In this document: positions 19,328 to 28,869 of the stretch, in pieces
Layout of the letters: every line of letters starts with the position of its first letter
Position numbering within the stretch: the stretch's first letter is position 1
Assembly: GCA_963740315.1 (NCBI GenBank)
Contig: CAVUDP010000002.1
Coordinates: 2,272,001-2,336,000, forward strand
Direction: 5' to 3'
DNA: 64,000 nt
DNA from: an uncultured cyanobacterium
GTDB taxonomy: Bacteria; Cyanobacteriota; Cyanobacteriia; Cyanobacteriales; Nostocaceae
The notes under the pieces: generated by a model
Told to the model about the DNA's origin: nothing
Databases searched by the model: none
Seen by the model: only the letters and a program-made list of their open reading frames with translations
Made by a program: the position numbers and the translations under genes

Positions 19328-20248
19328 ATGGCAAGCTCTTTTTCATTTTTAAAAACACCTGTAATTGATGGTGCTGACACTCAAGTAGAGAATACAATCA
19401 ATGAAACAATAAATGAAGCGGTAGATGATATTAAAATAGATAAACCAACGGCTTTGAGTGTCTATCTGTTAGAGCGAAGAATAGACTGTATGTCTGTATC
19501 TTCGATTGTGGAAGCGATTCTAAAATCTTGTATAGAAGATAGGAAAATAACTGTGGCGAATTATAATATCCATAGTTTCAATCTATCTATGCAACTGCCT
19601 TGGTATTACGAATTTCTACAAAGTGCAGAAATCGCTAATTGTGATAGTGTGGGAATATTAAAAGCAATCGGCTATATGGGATTAGATTTACCCCTAGATT
19701 ACCGAACTTCCTATACGCTTTTGATGCCTCAAATATTACAAACTTGCGATCGAAAAAACTTTTCAGTGTTTTTATTGGGTGGAAAGCCCGAAAATTTGCA
19801 AGTAGCTCTTGATAACTTGAAGCTCAAATATCCCGGAGTTCGCTTTGGAGGGTATCATGGATATTTTGATAAAAAAGATCCGCAAGCAAATCAAGCTGCC
19901 GTAGAGCAAATCAATCAGTTTAAGCCTAATATTTTGGTTGTAGGTATGGGAATGCCGATTCAAGAACATTGGGTACAACAGCATCGCCATAGTTTGCAGG
20001 TGAATGCGATCATGCTTGGTGGAGCAATTATCGATCGCATGGCTGGAATCGTTCCAGATTGTCCGCATATTTTATCCAATATTGGTTTTGAATGGTTTTA
20101 CCGCTTTTGCCGCGAGCCGAAACGTTTAGCAGCTCGTTATTTGTTAGGAAATCCGGCTTTTGCACTGCATATCGCTTTGGCAATGTTTAATAAAACTTCT
20201 TTGCGGGTGGAATTAACACCTAAGTTTGAAAATTTTGATTTAAGTTAG
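19328..20248 (+). CDS. WecB/TagA/CpsF family glycosyltransferase (GT26)
   Basis: VFLLGGKP, GYHGYF, LVVGMGMPIQEHW, GFEWFYRFCREPKRLAARYL. Confidence 0.92.
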   Translation: MASSFSFLKTPVIDGADTQVENTINETINEAVDDIKIDKPTALSVYLLERRIDCMSVSSIVEAILKSCIEDRKITVANYNIHSFNLSMQLPWYYEFLQSAEIANCDSVGILKAIGYMGLDLPLDYRTSYTLLMPQILQTCDRKNFSVFLLGGKPENLQVALDNLKLKYPGVRFGGYHGYFDKKDPQANQAAVEQINQFKPNILVVGMGMPIQEHWVQQHRHSLQVNAIMLGGAIIDRMAGIVPDCPHILSNIGFEWFYRFCREPKRLAARYLLGNPAFALHIALAMFNKTSLRVELTPKFENFDLS

Positions 20249-20290
20249 TTTTGACGCTGCATATTTTGACATTTTTGAGAGGAATTGTAC

Positions 20291-20315
20291 CTCCATTGGC
20301 GCTGGAGTTTTTTTT
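20291..20315 (+). terminator. Rho-independent terminator candidate
   Basis: CTCCA-N7-TGGAG followed by T8. Confidence 0.5.
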
Positions 20316-20647
20316 GTTTGTTGTAAGCTATCGGTTTGATTATTCCATATATAGATGCAAATAAAAGTAGATATAATCAATCCACAATATCTTATAAGGC
20401 ATAGTCAACACAATTCGCAATTACCGATTATTACTCTACCGATAAATAAAAGGCTCGTATGCTGGTGGATCGATAACGCTAATTGCTAATTGTATATACT
20501 GCTAATTATTCAGTCTGAGGTTTTGCGTAAGAAGTTGATTTTTGGTTTTCTAAATCTCAATAATTTTCTGAATAATTATGGTGGTTGCAATCGAATCGCC
20601 ATAATTATCAGCTTGGGATATTTATTTTTCTACGATTGGTAAAAATC

Positions 20648-21589
20648 ATGAAAATCTGTTATTTAATCCAAACTCATACAAACCCCGAACAAATTTATCG
20701 CTTAGTTGAAACTATTAAAAAATCGGCTACTGACAATCAGATTATTATCAGTCATGATTTCAGTAACTGTAATCTGGATGAGGTTGGATTACAAAGTCTT
20801 GGCGTTAAGGTATTGAAAAGTAATGGCGGAAAGCGCGGAGATTTTTTTGTCATTAAATCCTACTTAAATGCTATCAAATGGTTGATTGATAATCGGGTTG
20901 AATACGACTGGTTGATTTATTTATCGGGTCAAGACTACCCAATTAAGCCAATAGAAGAAATTGAGCATTTCTTATCAAAAACTAATTATGATGGATTTAT
21001 GGAATACTTTGATGTTTTTTCTCCAGAAAGTCATTGGAGTATGCAAGAAGGTAAAAGTCGTTACTTATTTAAATATAATAATATTAATTTACTGCAAATA
21101 TTTCCAAATTGGGCGAAGCAGTTACTTGTGCCAATAAAAATCATTAATCGCTTACAGCCTTTTGTGAGAATTAATTTGGCTTATGAAATGTTTGGCATCA
21201 GAAGAAAATCATTATTCAACATCAACCTTGTTTGTTATGGTGGTTCTTCTTTTACGACATTATCTCAGAAATGCGTAGATTATTTGCATAGTTTTTGCGA
21301 AAATCATCCGGAAGTTATCGAATATTACAAGAAAGTATGTAATTCAGATGAATCTTTCATCCAAACAATCTTACTCAACAGTAAAAAATTTGATTTGTAC
21401 AACGGCAATCAACGCTACTTTGATTTTTCTAAAACTAAGAATGGGCGACCCAAAGTGTTAACCATTAATGATTATGACGCAATTATGCAAAGTAACGCTC
21501 ATTTTGCCAGAAAATTTGACATATCTAAAGACAGTAAAATTTTGGATACTTTAGATCGAGAAGTTACCAAAATTGCAGCTAATAGATAA
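20648..21589 (+). CDS. Core-2/I-branching beta-1,6-N-acetylglucosaminyltransferase family (GT14-like)
   Basis: KICYLIQTH, YLSGQDYPIKP, YGGSSF, SDESFIQTIL, HFARKFD; ATG 20648 preferred over the upstream TTG. Confidence 0.85.
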   Translation: MKICYLIQTHTNPEQIYRLVETIKKSATDNQIIISHDFSNCNLDEVGLQSLGVKVLKSNGGKRGDFFVIKSYLNAIKWLIDNRVEYDWLIYLSGQDYPIKPIEEIEHFLSKTNYDGFMEYFDVFSPESHWSMQEGKSRYLFKYNNINLLQIFPNWAKQLLVPIKIINRLQPFVRINLAYEMFGIRRKSLFNINLVCYGGSSFTTLSQKCVDYLHSFCENHPEVIEYYKKVCNSDESFIQTILLNSKKFDLYNGNQRYFDFSKTKNGRPKVLTINDYDAIMQSNAHFARKFDISKDSKILDTLDREVTKIAANR

Positions 21590-21630
21590 TTATTTGATTT
21601 GAATTTCTGCAAAAGTAGATTGGGAGAATA

Positions 21631-22593
21631 ATGAGCAAGATACCAGCAGTTAGCGTTATAGTTCCTGCTTATAACGTCGCTAAATATATTGAAGAAACTC
21701 TGATTTCTTTAGAACAACAAACATTTACAGACTTTGAAGCATTAATAGTTGATGATGGTTCTATAGATGATACTGCGACTGTAGTAAAACAATTTTGTCA
21801 GCGAGATTCTCGATTTAAATTGTTGCAGAAAGCAAACGGGGGTTTATCTTCAGCACGCAACTACGGTATTCATCAGGCGCGGGGTGAATATCTGGCTTTA
21901 CTCGATGGCGATGATGTCTATCACAAAGATAAATTAGCAACCCATGTAGCTCGGTTGTATCGCGAACCTGATATTGGGGTAGTTTACAGCGCTTCGCGGA
22001 CAATTCGCGATGATGGAAAACCGACGTTTATCAGCTTGAGTGGTAAACCAGTGCATTCAAATTTGGAAGTGGCTTTACTGTGTAAAAACTTTGTCGGGCA
22101 TGGTTCTAATGCAGTTTTTCGTCGCTGTTTAATTGATGAAGTCGGCGAATTTGATGAAAGCTTACGCAGTTGGGAAGACGTTGATTTGTGGTTGCGAATC
22201 GCTGCAACCCAGAAATGGGGGTTTTACCGAGAAAAGCGGATTTTATCTTACTATCGCGTGCGCCCTTCCGGATTGTCTTTCAATATCGTGCAAATGCGGA
22301 ATAGTGGAGAGCTAGTTATTGAAGCTGCAATAGTGCGATCGCCATTAATCAAGCCGATGTTGTCAACCGTTTACGCCTATATGTACCGCTATCTGTCGCG
22401 GTTGTGCCTCCAGGCTGGCGATATGCAAACAGCGCGGGATTTCATCGATCAAGCTTTGATGTGCGATCGGTCGATTTTTTATCGGGATATGCGTTCTTTA
22501 TTGACTCTGATATCGGTGCGTTTGTCACCATTAGCGAAACTAGCCATCGGCAATTCCCTTGGTTTTGCAAAAACAGTACAAGGTAAAAACTGA
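21631..22593 (+). CDS. Glycosyltransferase family 2
   Basis: VSVIVPAYN, VDDGSID, GGLSSARNYG, LDGDD, EDVDLWLR. Confidence 0.92.
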   Translation: MSKIPAVSVIVPAYNVAKYIEETLISLEQQTFTDFEALIVDDGSIDDTATVVKQFCQRDSRFKLLQKANGGLSSARNYGIHQARGEYLALLDGDDVYHKDKLATHVARLYREPDIGVVYSASRTIRDDGKPTFISLSGKPVHSNLEVALLCKNFVGHGSNAVFRRCLIDEVGEFDESLRSWEDVDLWLRIAATQKWGFYREKRILSYYRVRPSGLSFNIVQMRNSGELVIEAAIVRSPLIKPMLSTVYAYMYRYLSRLCLQAGDMQTARDFIDQALMCDRSIFYRDMRSLLTLISVRLSPLAKLAIGNSLGFAKTVQGKN

Positions 22594-22595
22594 TA

Positions 22596-24029
22596 GTGAA
22601 AGCAACTGCACTGTTAAAAAATGGCTTGTGGATTTCTTATGCCACATTTATCACCCGTATCTTTGCTTTTGGAAGCAGCTTGGTATTAGCAAGATTGTTA
22701 CTACCATCCGACTTCGGTATTATTGGTATTGCCTATGTTTTTTGGTCTTTTTTCTCGTTATTCATCCAGGATACTGCGGGTGCTTTCATCATCTATAAGG
22801 GCATAGAACACCCAAAATATGTCAACACTGCTTACACTATTAGCTTATTAGTGGGAATAGCTTTAGCGGTGGGAGTGGCAGCGAGTGCCCCGTTAGTGGC
22901 TATGTTCTTTAAAGAGCCAACATTAACGGGGATATTATTTGTTTTTGCATTTAATCTGATTCTCTCTTCTGCTAGCTACGTTTATTCCAGCGTCATGACG
23001 AGACAGATGAAGTACCGAGCGATCGCCAATATCACTCTAGTTAACTCAATTACGCGATTACTTTGCACTACAGGCGCTGCATTATTAGGGTTTAGCTACT
23101 GGTCTTTTGTAATCGGCGATACTGCTTCTTGGATAGTTAATTGCGTTTTAAATAGGTATTATTCCAAGTATGATTTTCGCCTGCAAATCGATCCAGAAGT
23201 TAGATCGGAAGTTCAATCTTTCTACTTTGGGACTATTACTTCTAGCTTCGGTTTGTATACCAATTTCAACATCGATAATTTTGCTGTAGGAAAACTGTTA
23301 GGCAGTACCAGCCTTGGTTACTACAATCTTGCCTATCAACTAACAAATGCATTTTCAAGCATTGTAGGTGCTATATTTAACCAATTGGGAATGCCAGTTT
23401 TTGCTCAATTAGCACATGATAAACAAGAAAATACTCTCCTCAAAGTAGTAGAACAAACTACGATTTTAACCGCTGCTATTTGTACTTTAATTTTCCTAGT
23501 AGTAGACTCGCAAGTTGTCACTTTCGTTTTTGGGGCAAAGTGGATACCGATTATTAACGTTATACCTGGTTTACTAATTTTTTCCTACTTTCGGATTATT
23601 AATTCTTCACTATTCTCGATGTTGGTTGCTAAAGGTCGTCCCGATATTAACGCTAAAGTAAACTTACGAATAGCTCCGATTGCGGTAGTTGGTTTTATTC
23701 TTGGTGCCAATCTAGGTGGAATTGTGGGGGTTAGTTTAGCTGTTGCCCTGGTATTAGGAATTGGCTGGACTATTTACTGGTGGTGGGTTGCTTGTCAAAG
23801 CTTAGGTTGGTCGTTTAAAAAATTTATTGCTCCGTGTTTTGTGCCAATTTTGTTAATTATTCCAGGAGTTTTGGTTTCATTCAGTTTACCTTTATTATTT
23901 AGACCGTTTACATTTATTTTGACATATTTAATCTGTATACGTATATTCTTAGCTCCATATTTTTTCCTCTATCAATCAACAGCAAAGCAAATAGCAAAGC
24001 GTTTAATTACAGTACGCATTAAGGATTAG
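22596..24029 (+). CDS. wzx: Wzx oligosaccharide flippase
   Basis: LARLLLPSDFG, DNFAVGKLLGSTSLGYYNLAYQL; many TM helices. Confidence 0.88.
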   Translation: MKATALLKNGLWISYATFITRIFAFGSSLVLARLLLPSDFGIIGIAYVFWSFFSLFIQDTAGAFIIYKGIEHPKYVNTAYTISLLVGIALAVGVAASAPLVAMFFKEPTLTGILFVFAFNLILSSASYVYSSVMTRQMKYRAIANITLVNSITRLLCTTGAALLGFSYWSFVIGDTASWIVNCVLNRYYSKYDFRLQIDPEVRSEVQSFYFGTITSSFGLYTNFNIDNFAVGKLLGSTSLGYYNLAYQLTNAFSSIVGAIFNQLGMPVFAQLAHDKQENTLLKVVEQTTILTAAICTLIFLVVDSQVVTFVFGAKWIPIINVIPGLLIFSYFRIINSSLFSMLVAKGRPDINAKVNLRIAPIAVVGFILGANLGGIVGVSLAVALVLGIGWTIYWWWVACQSLGWSFKKFIAPCFVPILLIIPGVLVSFSLPLLFRPFTFILTYLICIRIFLAPYFFLYQSTAKQIAKRLITVRIKD

Positions 24030-24124
24030 ATCCCCTTTTAGGAAACGCGATCCGAAAACAGCAACTTTAATTAGAACGCCTAAATATTAAAAAATCTCAG
24101 GTATGCATAAAATAGGAAATAAAG

Positions 24125-25108
24125 ATGAATAATACACCACTTATATCTGTAATTATTCCGGCATATAATGCGGCAAAAACCATTAGAGAGACAATTGCAT
24201 CGGTTTTAAATCAAACTTTTAGTAATTTAGAATTATTAGTAGTCAATGATGGTTCTCAAGACTCAACTTTAGACATCGTTTCTAGTATCAAAGACTCTAG
24301 ATTGCAAGTATTATCCTATGAAAATGCGGGTGTTTCCATTAGTCGCAACCGGGGAATTGAAAAAGCTTGTGGAGAATTTATTTCCTTTTTAGACGCTGAC
24401 GATCTGTGGACTCCAGATAAACTGGAAGCGCAATTAAAAGCTTTACAAACAAATCCTCAAGCCGCAGTTGCTTATAGTTGGGTTGATTACATAGATGAAA
24501 ATGGTAAGTTTTTTCGTCATGGTAATTATGTAACGATTAATGGTAACGCATACGAAAAAATATTAGTCCAAAGTGTTTTGGAAAATGGTTCTAATCCTTT
24601 AATTCGCAGAGAAGCATTAACTGAGGTTGGCGGTTTTAACCCGTCATTAACACCTGCTGAAGATTGGGATATGTGGTTGCGCTTAGCAAAACGCTATGAT
24701 TTTGTTACGATACCATATCCTCAGATTTTATATCGGATGTCTTCTCATTCGGCATCTACTAATATTGTCAAAATGGAAAAAGGCAGTTTAAAATTTATCG
24801 AACACGCTTTTGATAATGCTCCAGCATCCGTTCAACACCTCAAGAAAAATGCTCTTTCAACGCTTTATCATTATCTCACCTTTAAATCATTGGAATCTCC
24901 TTCAAGTCGCAAAAACGGCATAATTGCGATGCGGTGTTTTGGGAATGCGATTAAACACGATTTATCGACCATTTGGAAATGGGAACCGATGTCTAAAGCG
25001 TTATTCAAAATTTTTACAGTATTGCTTCTACCTCCCGAACAATACAAAAAGTTGAAAACTATAGTTAAAAAACTTTTGATTAAAGAACCTGTAAATCAAC
25101 TGCAATAA
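24125..25108 (+). CDS. Glycosyltransferase family 2
   Basis: ISVIIPAYN, VNDGSQD, FLDADD, EDWDMWLRLA. Confidence 0.92.
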   Translation: MNNTPLISVIIPAYNAAKTIRETIASVLNQTFSNLELLVVNDGSQDSTLDIVSSIKDSRLQVLSYENAGVSISRNRGIEKACGEFISFLDADDLWTPDKLEAQLKALQTNPQAAVAYSWVDYIDENGKFFRHGNYVTINGNAYEKILVQSVLENGSNPLIRREALTEVGGFNPSLTPAEDWDMWLRLAKRYDFVTIPYPQILYRMSSHSASTNIVKMEKGSLKFIEHAFDNAPASVQHLKKNALSTLYHYLTFKSLESPSSRKNGIIAMRCFGNAIKHDLSTIWKWEPMSKALFKIFTVLLLPPEQYKKLKTIVKKLLIKEPVNQLQ

Positions 25109-25120
25109 GGTTAAAAATTG

Positions 25121-26263
25121 ATGTTTAATTTTGGTTTTGTTGTCGAACAAGCATTGGGACATATTACCCACTACCAAAACTTAAAGTATTGGGTAGATAA
25201 AGATACTAGTATTGAACCGAATTGGATGCCTATAGGGGAAGATAAGGATATATGGGAGAAACTGCCAGTTATTCGTAATAATTGGTCGTTGCAAGTGAGT
25301 TTGCGTGCCCGCAGACAAATAAAAGCGGCTATGCAATTGCAAACTCCAGACGCATTATTTTTGCACACCCAGACACTAGCTTTGTTTGCCATTCCTTTGA
25401 TGCATCGCATACCAACGATAATTTCCGCTGATGCAACACCCATCAACCTCGATAGCATTGCTACTGGGTACAGTCATAAGGTAGGGGGTAACTATTTAGC
25501 AGAGCGTAGTAAATTTTACTGGAATAAAAGTACCTATGATGCAGCCGCAGCAATTATAGCGTGGTCTGAGTGGACTAAAGATTCTTTAATTTTTGACTAT
25601 GGCATACCTGCCGAGAAAGTTACAGTAATTCCACCGGGGGTAGATTTAGAGCAGTGGCATTTTAGACCGGGCAAAACAATGCATCGCACTCCGCCAAATC
25701 CCTTACGTTTATTATTTGTCGGAGGAGATTTTGCGAGAAAAGGTGGTTATACTCTGCTATTCGCTTTTCGTAATGGTTTACAAGATTGCACGTTAGATAT
25801 CGTTACCAAAGATATTAGTTTAAAGCAGGAATTAAACGGAATCGACAACATCCGCGTACATTGCAATTTAACTCCTAACAGCCAACCTTTAAAACAACTT
25901 TACACACAAGCAGATATTTTTGTCTTTCCAACAGAGGCAGATTGCTTACCCACTGCGATTTCAGAAGCAATGGCAGCAGGATTACCAGTTATTACAACAG
26001 ATGTTGGTGCCTTGCGCGAACAAGTAGAACATCAAGTGAATGGTTTAATTGTACCGCCTTCAGATGTCGCGGCTTTGAAGAATGCAATAGAAACTCTTAA
26101 AAACGATCCAGCAAAAATAACCGCGATGGCTGCTGCTAGTCGTCGGATAGCCGAAAAGCGTTTTGATGCCAGATGTAATTATGGTGCAATTCTTAGTTTG
26201 ATGAAAAGTATATCTCAAAAATCGCCGCAACATATTAACGTCAAAAGTCTTCACCATGTCTAA
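25121..26263 (+). CDS. Glycosyltransferase family 4
   Basis: VIPPGVD, LFVGGDFARKGG, ADIFVFPT, EAMAAGLPVI. Confidence 0.92.
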   Translation: MFNFGFVVEQALGHITHYQNLKYWVDKDTSIEPNWMPIGEDKDIWEKLPVIRNNWSLQVSLRARRQIKAAMQLQTPDALFLHTQTLALFAIPLMHRIPTIISADATPINLDSIATGYSHKVGGNYLAERSKFYWNKSTYDAAAAIIAWSEWTKDSLIFDYGIPAEKVTVIPPGVDLEQWHFRPGKTMHRTPPNPLRLLFVGGDFARKGGYTLLFAFRNGLQDCTLDIVTKDISLKQELNGIDNIRVHCNLTPNSQPLKQLYTQADIFVFPTEADCLPTAISEAMAAGLPVITTDVGALREQVEHQVNGLIVPPSDVAALKNAIETLKNDPAKITAMAAASRRIAEKRFDARCNYGAILSLMKSISQKSPQHINVKSLHHV

Positions 26264-27368
26264 TTCACCCGATATTGCGATCTTTCTACGTTGCCTTTAC
26301 GGTGGTGGTGCAGAACGAATATTGCTTAATTTAGCTCGCGGTTTTCTAGAGCAAGGGCTAAAAGTTGATATGGTATTGGCAAAATCGGTAGGCTCTTTAT
26401 TAGAACAATTACCGTCAGAAATTCGACTTGTAGATTTAAACGCGCAGTCAAAGTTGAGTATTCTGCCAAAATTAATTAAGTATTTGCAGCAAGAAAACCC
26501 GGCAACAATGCTCGCAGCTTTACACTATCCTTGCGAAATAGCTCTCCTGGCAAAACGCATGAGTGGGGTATCAACGCGAATAGTAGTATCAGAACACAAT
26601 CATCTTTCTTTAGAAGCAAAACGTATTCCCCAACTTTCAGCACGTTTAACACCATTAGCAGCGAGACTTCTTTACCCTTGGGCTGATGGTATTGTCAGCG
26701 TTTCTCAAGGAGTAGCAGCAGATTTAGCTAAGGTGACTCATTTACCCAAAGAACGTATTAATTTAATTTACAATCCAGTTATCACTCCGGAAGTGTTTAT
26801 TAAAGCAAAAGAATCAGTTAACCATCCGTGGTTTCAACCGGGAGAACCGCCAATTATCTTAGCAGTAGGAAGATTGCATCCACAGAAAGATTATCCAACA
26901 TTGCTCCGTGCATTTACACAAGTCAGACAGGTGCGTCCGTGTCGGTTAGTAATTTTAGGAGAAGGACCCGAAAAAGAAAATTTAAATAATTTAATTTGTG
27001 AATTAGGCTTACAGGCAGATGTTACCATGTTGGGTTTCGTCGATAATCCATATACGTATATGCGATCGGCAGCAGTCTTCGTTCTATCTTCCGCTTGGGA
27101 GGGTTTTGGTAACGTGATTGCAGAAGCCTTAGCTGTGGGAACTCCAGTGGTATCAACAAATTGCGAAAGCGGTCCGGCAGAGATTTTGAAGAATGGTAAA
27201 TATGGCGAATTAACCCCAGTTGGCGATGTCAAAGCGATGGCTGAAGCTATTTTAAGCGTACTTTCGGGCAACACCAAGCAAGTAGATTCGGAATGGTTAA
27301 ATCAATTTAAATTAGAAACTTGTACGGAAAAGTATTTACAAGTATTAGCAGTGAACAGTAACCAGTAA
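26256..27368 (+). CDS. Glycosyltransferase family 4
   Basis: GGGAER, AVGRLHPQKDY, SSAWEGFGNVIAEALAVGTPVVST. Confidence 0.92.
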   Translation: MSNSPDIAIFLRCLYGGGAERILLNLARGFLEQGLKVDMVLAKSVGSLLEQLPSEIRLVDLNAQSKLSILPKLIKYLQQENPATMLAALHYPCEIALLAKRMSGVSTRIVVSEHNHLSLEAKRIPQLSARLTPLAARLLYPWADGIVSVSQGVAADLAKVTHLPKERINLIYNPVITPEVFIKAKESVNHPWFQPGEPPIILAVGRLHPQKDYPTLLRAFTQVRQVRPCRLVILGEGPEKENLNNLICELGLQADVTMLGFVDNPYTYMRSAAVFVLSSAWEGFGNVIAEALAVGTPVVSTNCESGPAEILKNGKYGELTPVGDVKAMAEAILSVLSGNTKQVDSEWLNQFKLETCTEKYLQVLAVNSNQ

Positions 27369-27405
27369 CCATTTATTATTACCTATTTCCTATTACCTAT
27401 TAAGA

Positions 27406-28746
27406 ATGTTGGCATTTAATTCTATTAATAATCGCAAACAATCTGATGATAAACCTGAAGCTAAATCATTTGGCGAGCAGGTAGTTTATTGGACAATTAT
27501 GCTGACACCGCTTTGGTGGGTGTTGGGTTTACAAACTATTGTCTATCCAGTTGTTAGCGCGTTTTTACTAGTGGCTGGTTTTAAATTAGATCGGCTAATT
27601 AAAGCCTCATTACCAATTTGTATTTGGGCATGGTTGGGAATGACTTTTGCTGCATTTTGGACAAATATTTTTGGTTTAGAATCAATTGGCTTTGAAATAT
27701 TAAAATCAGCAGCGACATTTTTTACAATATTTAAAGGCTATTTTATGATATTCGCCTGTATGACTTTACCTTTTTGGCATCGCATTCGGGTACAAACTAT
27801 TGTACGGGCTGTATCCTGGATGACAGCTAGCTATTTAGTACTTTTAACAATTCAACTATTAATACTTTTTGCGATCGGTCCGCAAGATCATTTTTTACCG
27901 CCTTTAGCTCGTTTAATTCCAGGTGAAAAAACCAGTTTGATGGTTAAGTTCGCGGAGATTCAACCGTTTTTCGGCATTCCTTTACCAAGAACAGACCTTT
28001 ACACAGCCGATCCACCGATTTTAGGAGTTTGCAGTCTTTTATGTTTCTTTATCTGCTTGAGCGAAACTAACCAACGCTTGCGAAAATTTGCTTTAGCTGG
28101 CAGTTTGGCTGGTTTAGTAATTTCTCAAAGTCGCCTTGCTTGGGTATGTTTTCCGTTAGTTTGGGTGATTATCTATTGTTTTCGTAGCGGGTTAGCTCGA
28201 CAAGCTTATTTATGGGTAGTATCTCTTACTTCTTTCTTTGCGGCTGTATTAAGTTTAAGCATAAAAGATTTCCTCGCTTTACCTCTAGCAACTTTCAACA
28301 ACGCTCGTGCTGATTCATCGAAAGACAGAGAATTTATCGTTAATGCAACTATCGAAGCATGGAAAGAGTCACCGTGGCTGGGGTGGGGAATTATGGACAA
28401 AACCGCAAGTTGGGGAAATGGAGTTTTCGTACTACCTTTGGGAACGTTTTCTTCCTATGCCCAAGTGCTTTACGTACACGGTATTTTCGGTTTTATTTTC
28501 TTTATAACCGCCCTTGTTTCAACCTTGTGCAGCTTTTGGCAACCCGCTATTAAAGGAAACCTCATTTGTCAGCGTGCATTTGGCAGTTTAGTCGCTTTAT
28601 ATTTATTAATTCATGCTACTAATTTAACCTGGATGGCGATTTATTTTTGGTTTTTCTTTGTTTGGTTGGGAGCAATTCTTTCTCAATTACAACAGCAGCA
28701 GCCAAATGTTACCGAATGGGAGCAACTGTCAAAGGTTAAAGGTTAA
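27406..28746 (+). CDS. O-antigen ligase / Wzy-like polymerase
   Basis: Multi-TM protein with SQSRLAW and ESPWLGWG motifs, within the EPS cluster. Confidence 0.8.
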   Translation: MLAFNSINNRKQSDDKPEAKSFGEQVVYWTIMLTPLWWVLGLQTIVYPVVSAFLLVAGFKLDRLIKASLPICIWAWLGMTFAAFWTNIFGLESIGFEILKSAATFFTIFKGYFMIFACMTLPFWHRIRVQTIVRAVSWMTASYLVLLTIQLLILFAIGPQDHFLPPLARLIPGEKTSLMVKFAEIQPFFGIPLPRTDLYTADPPILGVCSLLCFFICLSETNQRLRKFALAGSLAGLVISQSRLAWVCFPLVWVIIYCFRSGLARQAYLWVVSLTSFFAAVLSLSIKDFLALPLATFNNARADSSKDREFIVNATIEAWKESPWLGWGIMDKTASWGNGVFVLPLGTFSSYAQVLYVHGIFGFIFFITALVSTLCSFWQPAIKGNLICQRAFGSLVALYLLIHATNLTWMAIYFWFFFVWLGAILSQLQQQQPNVTEWEQLSKVKG

Positions 28747-28869
28747 AATTCTTTTTATCTCCTTGTCTCCCCATCTCCCCATCACCTTGTCTCCCTACTC
28801 CCTACTCCCTATTCCCTACTCCTTCAAACAATAATTTTCACAAAACAATCAAAATTTAGGATTAATACT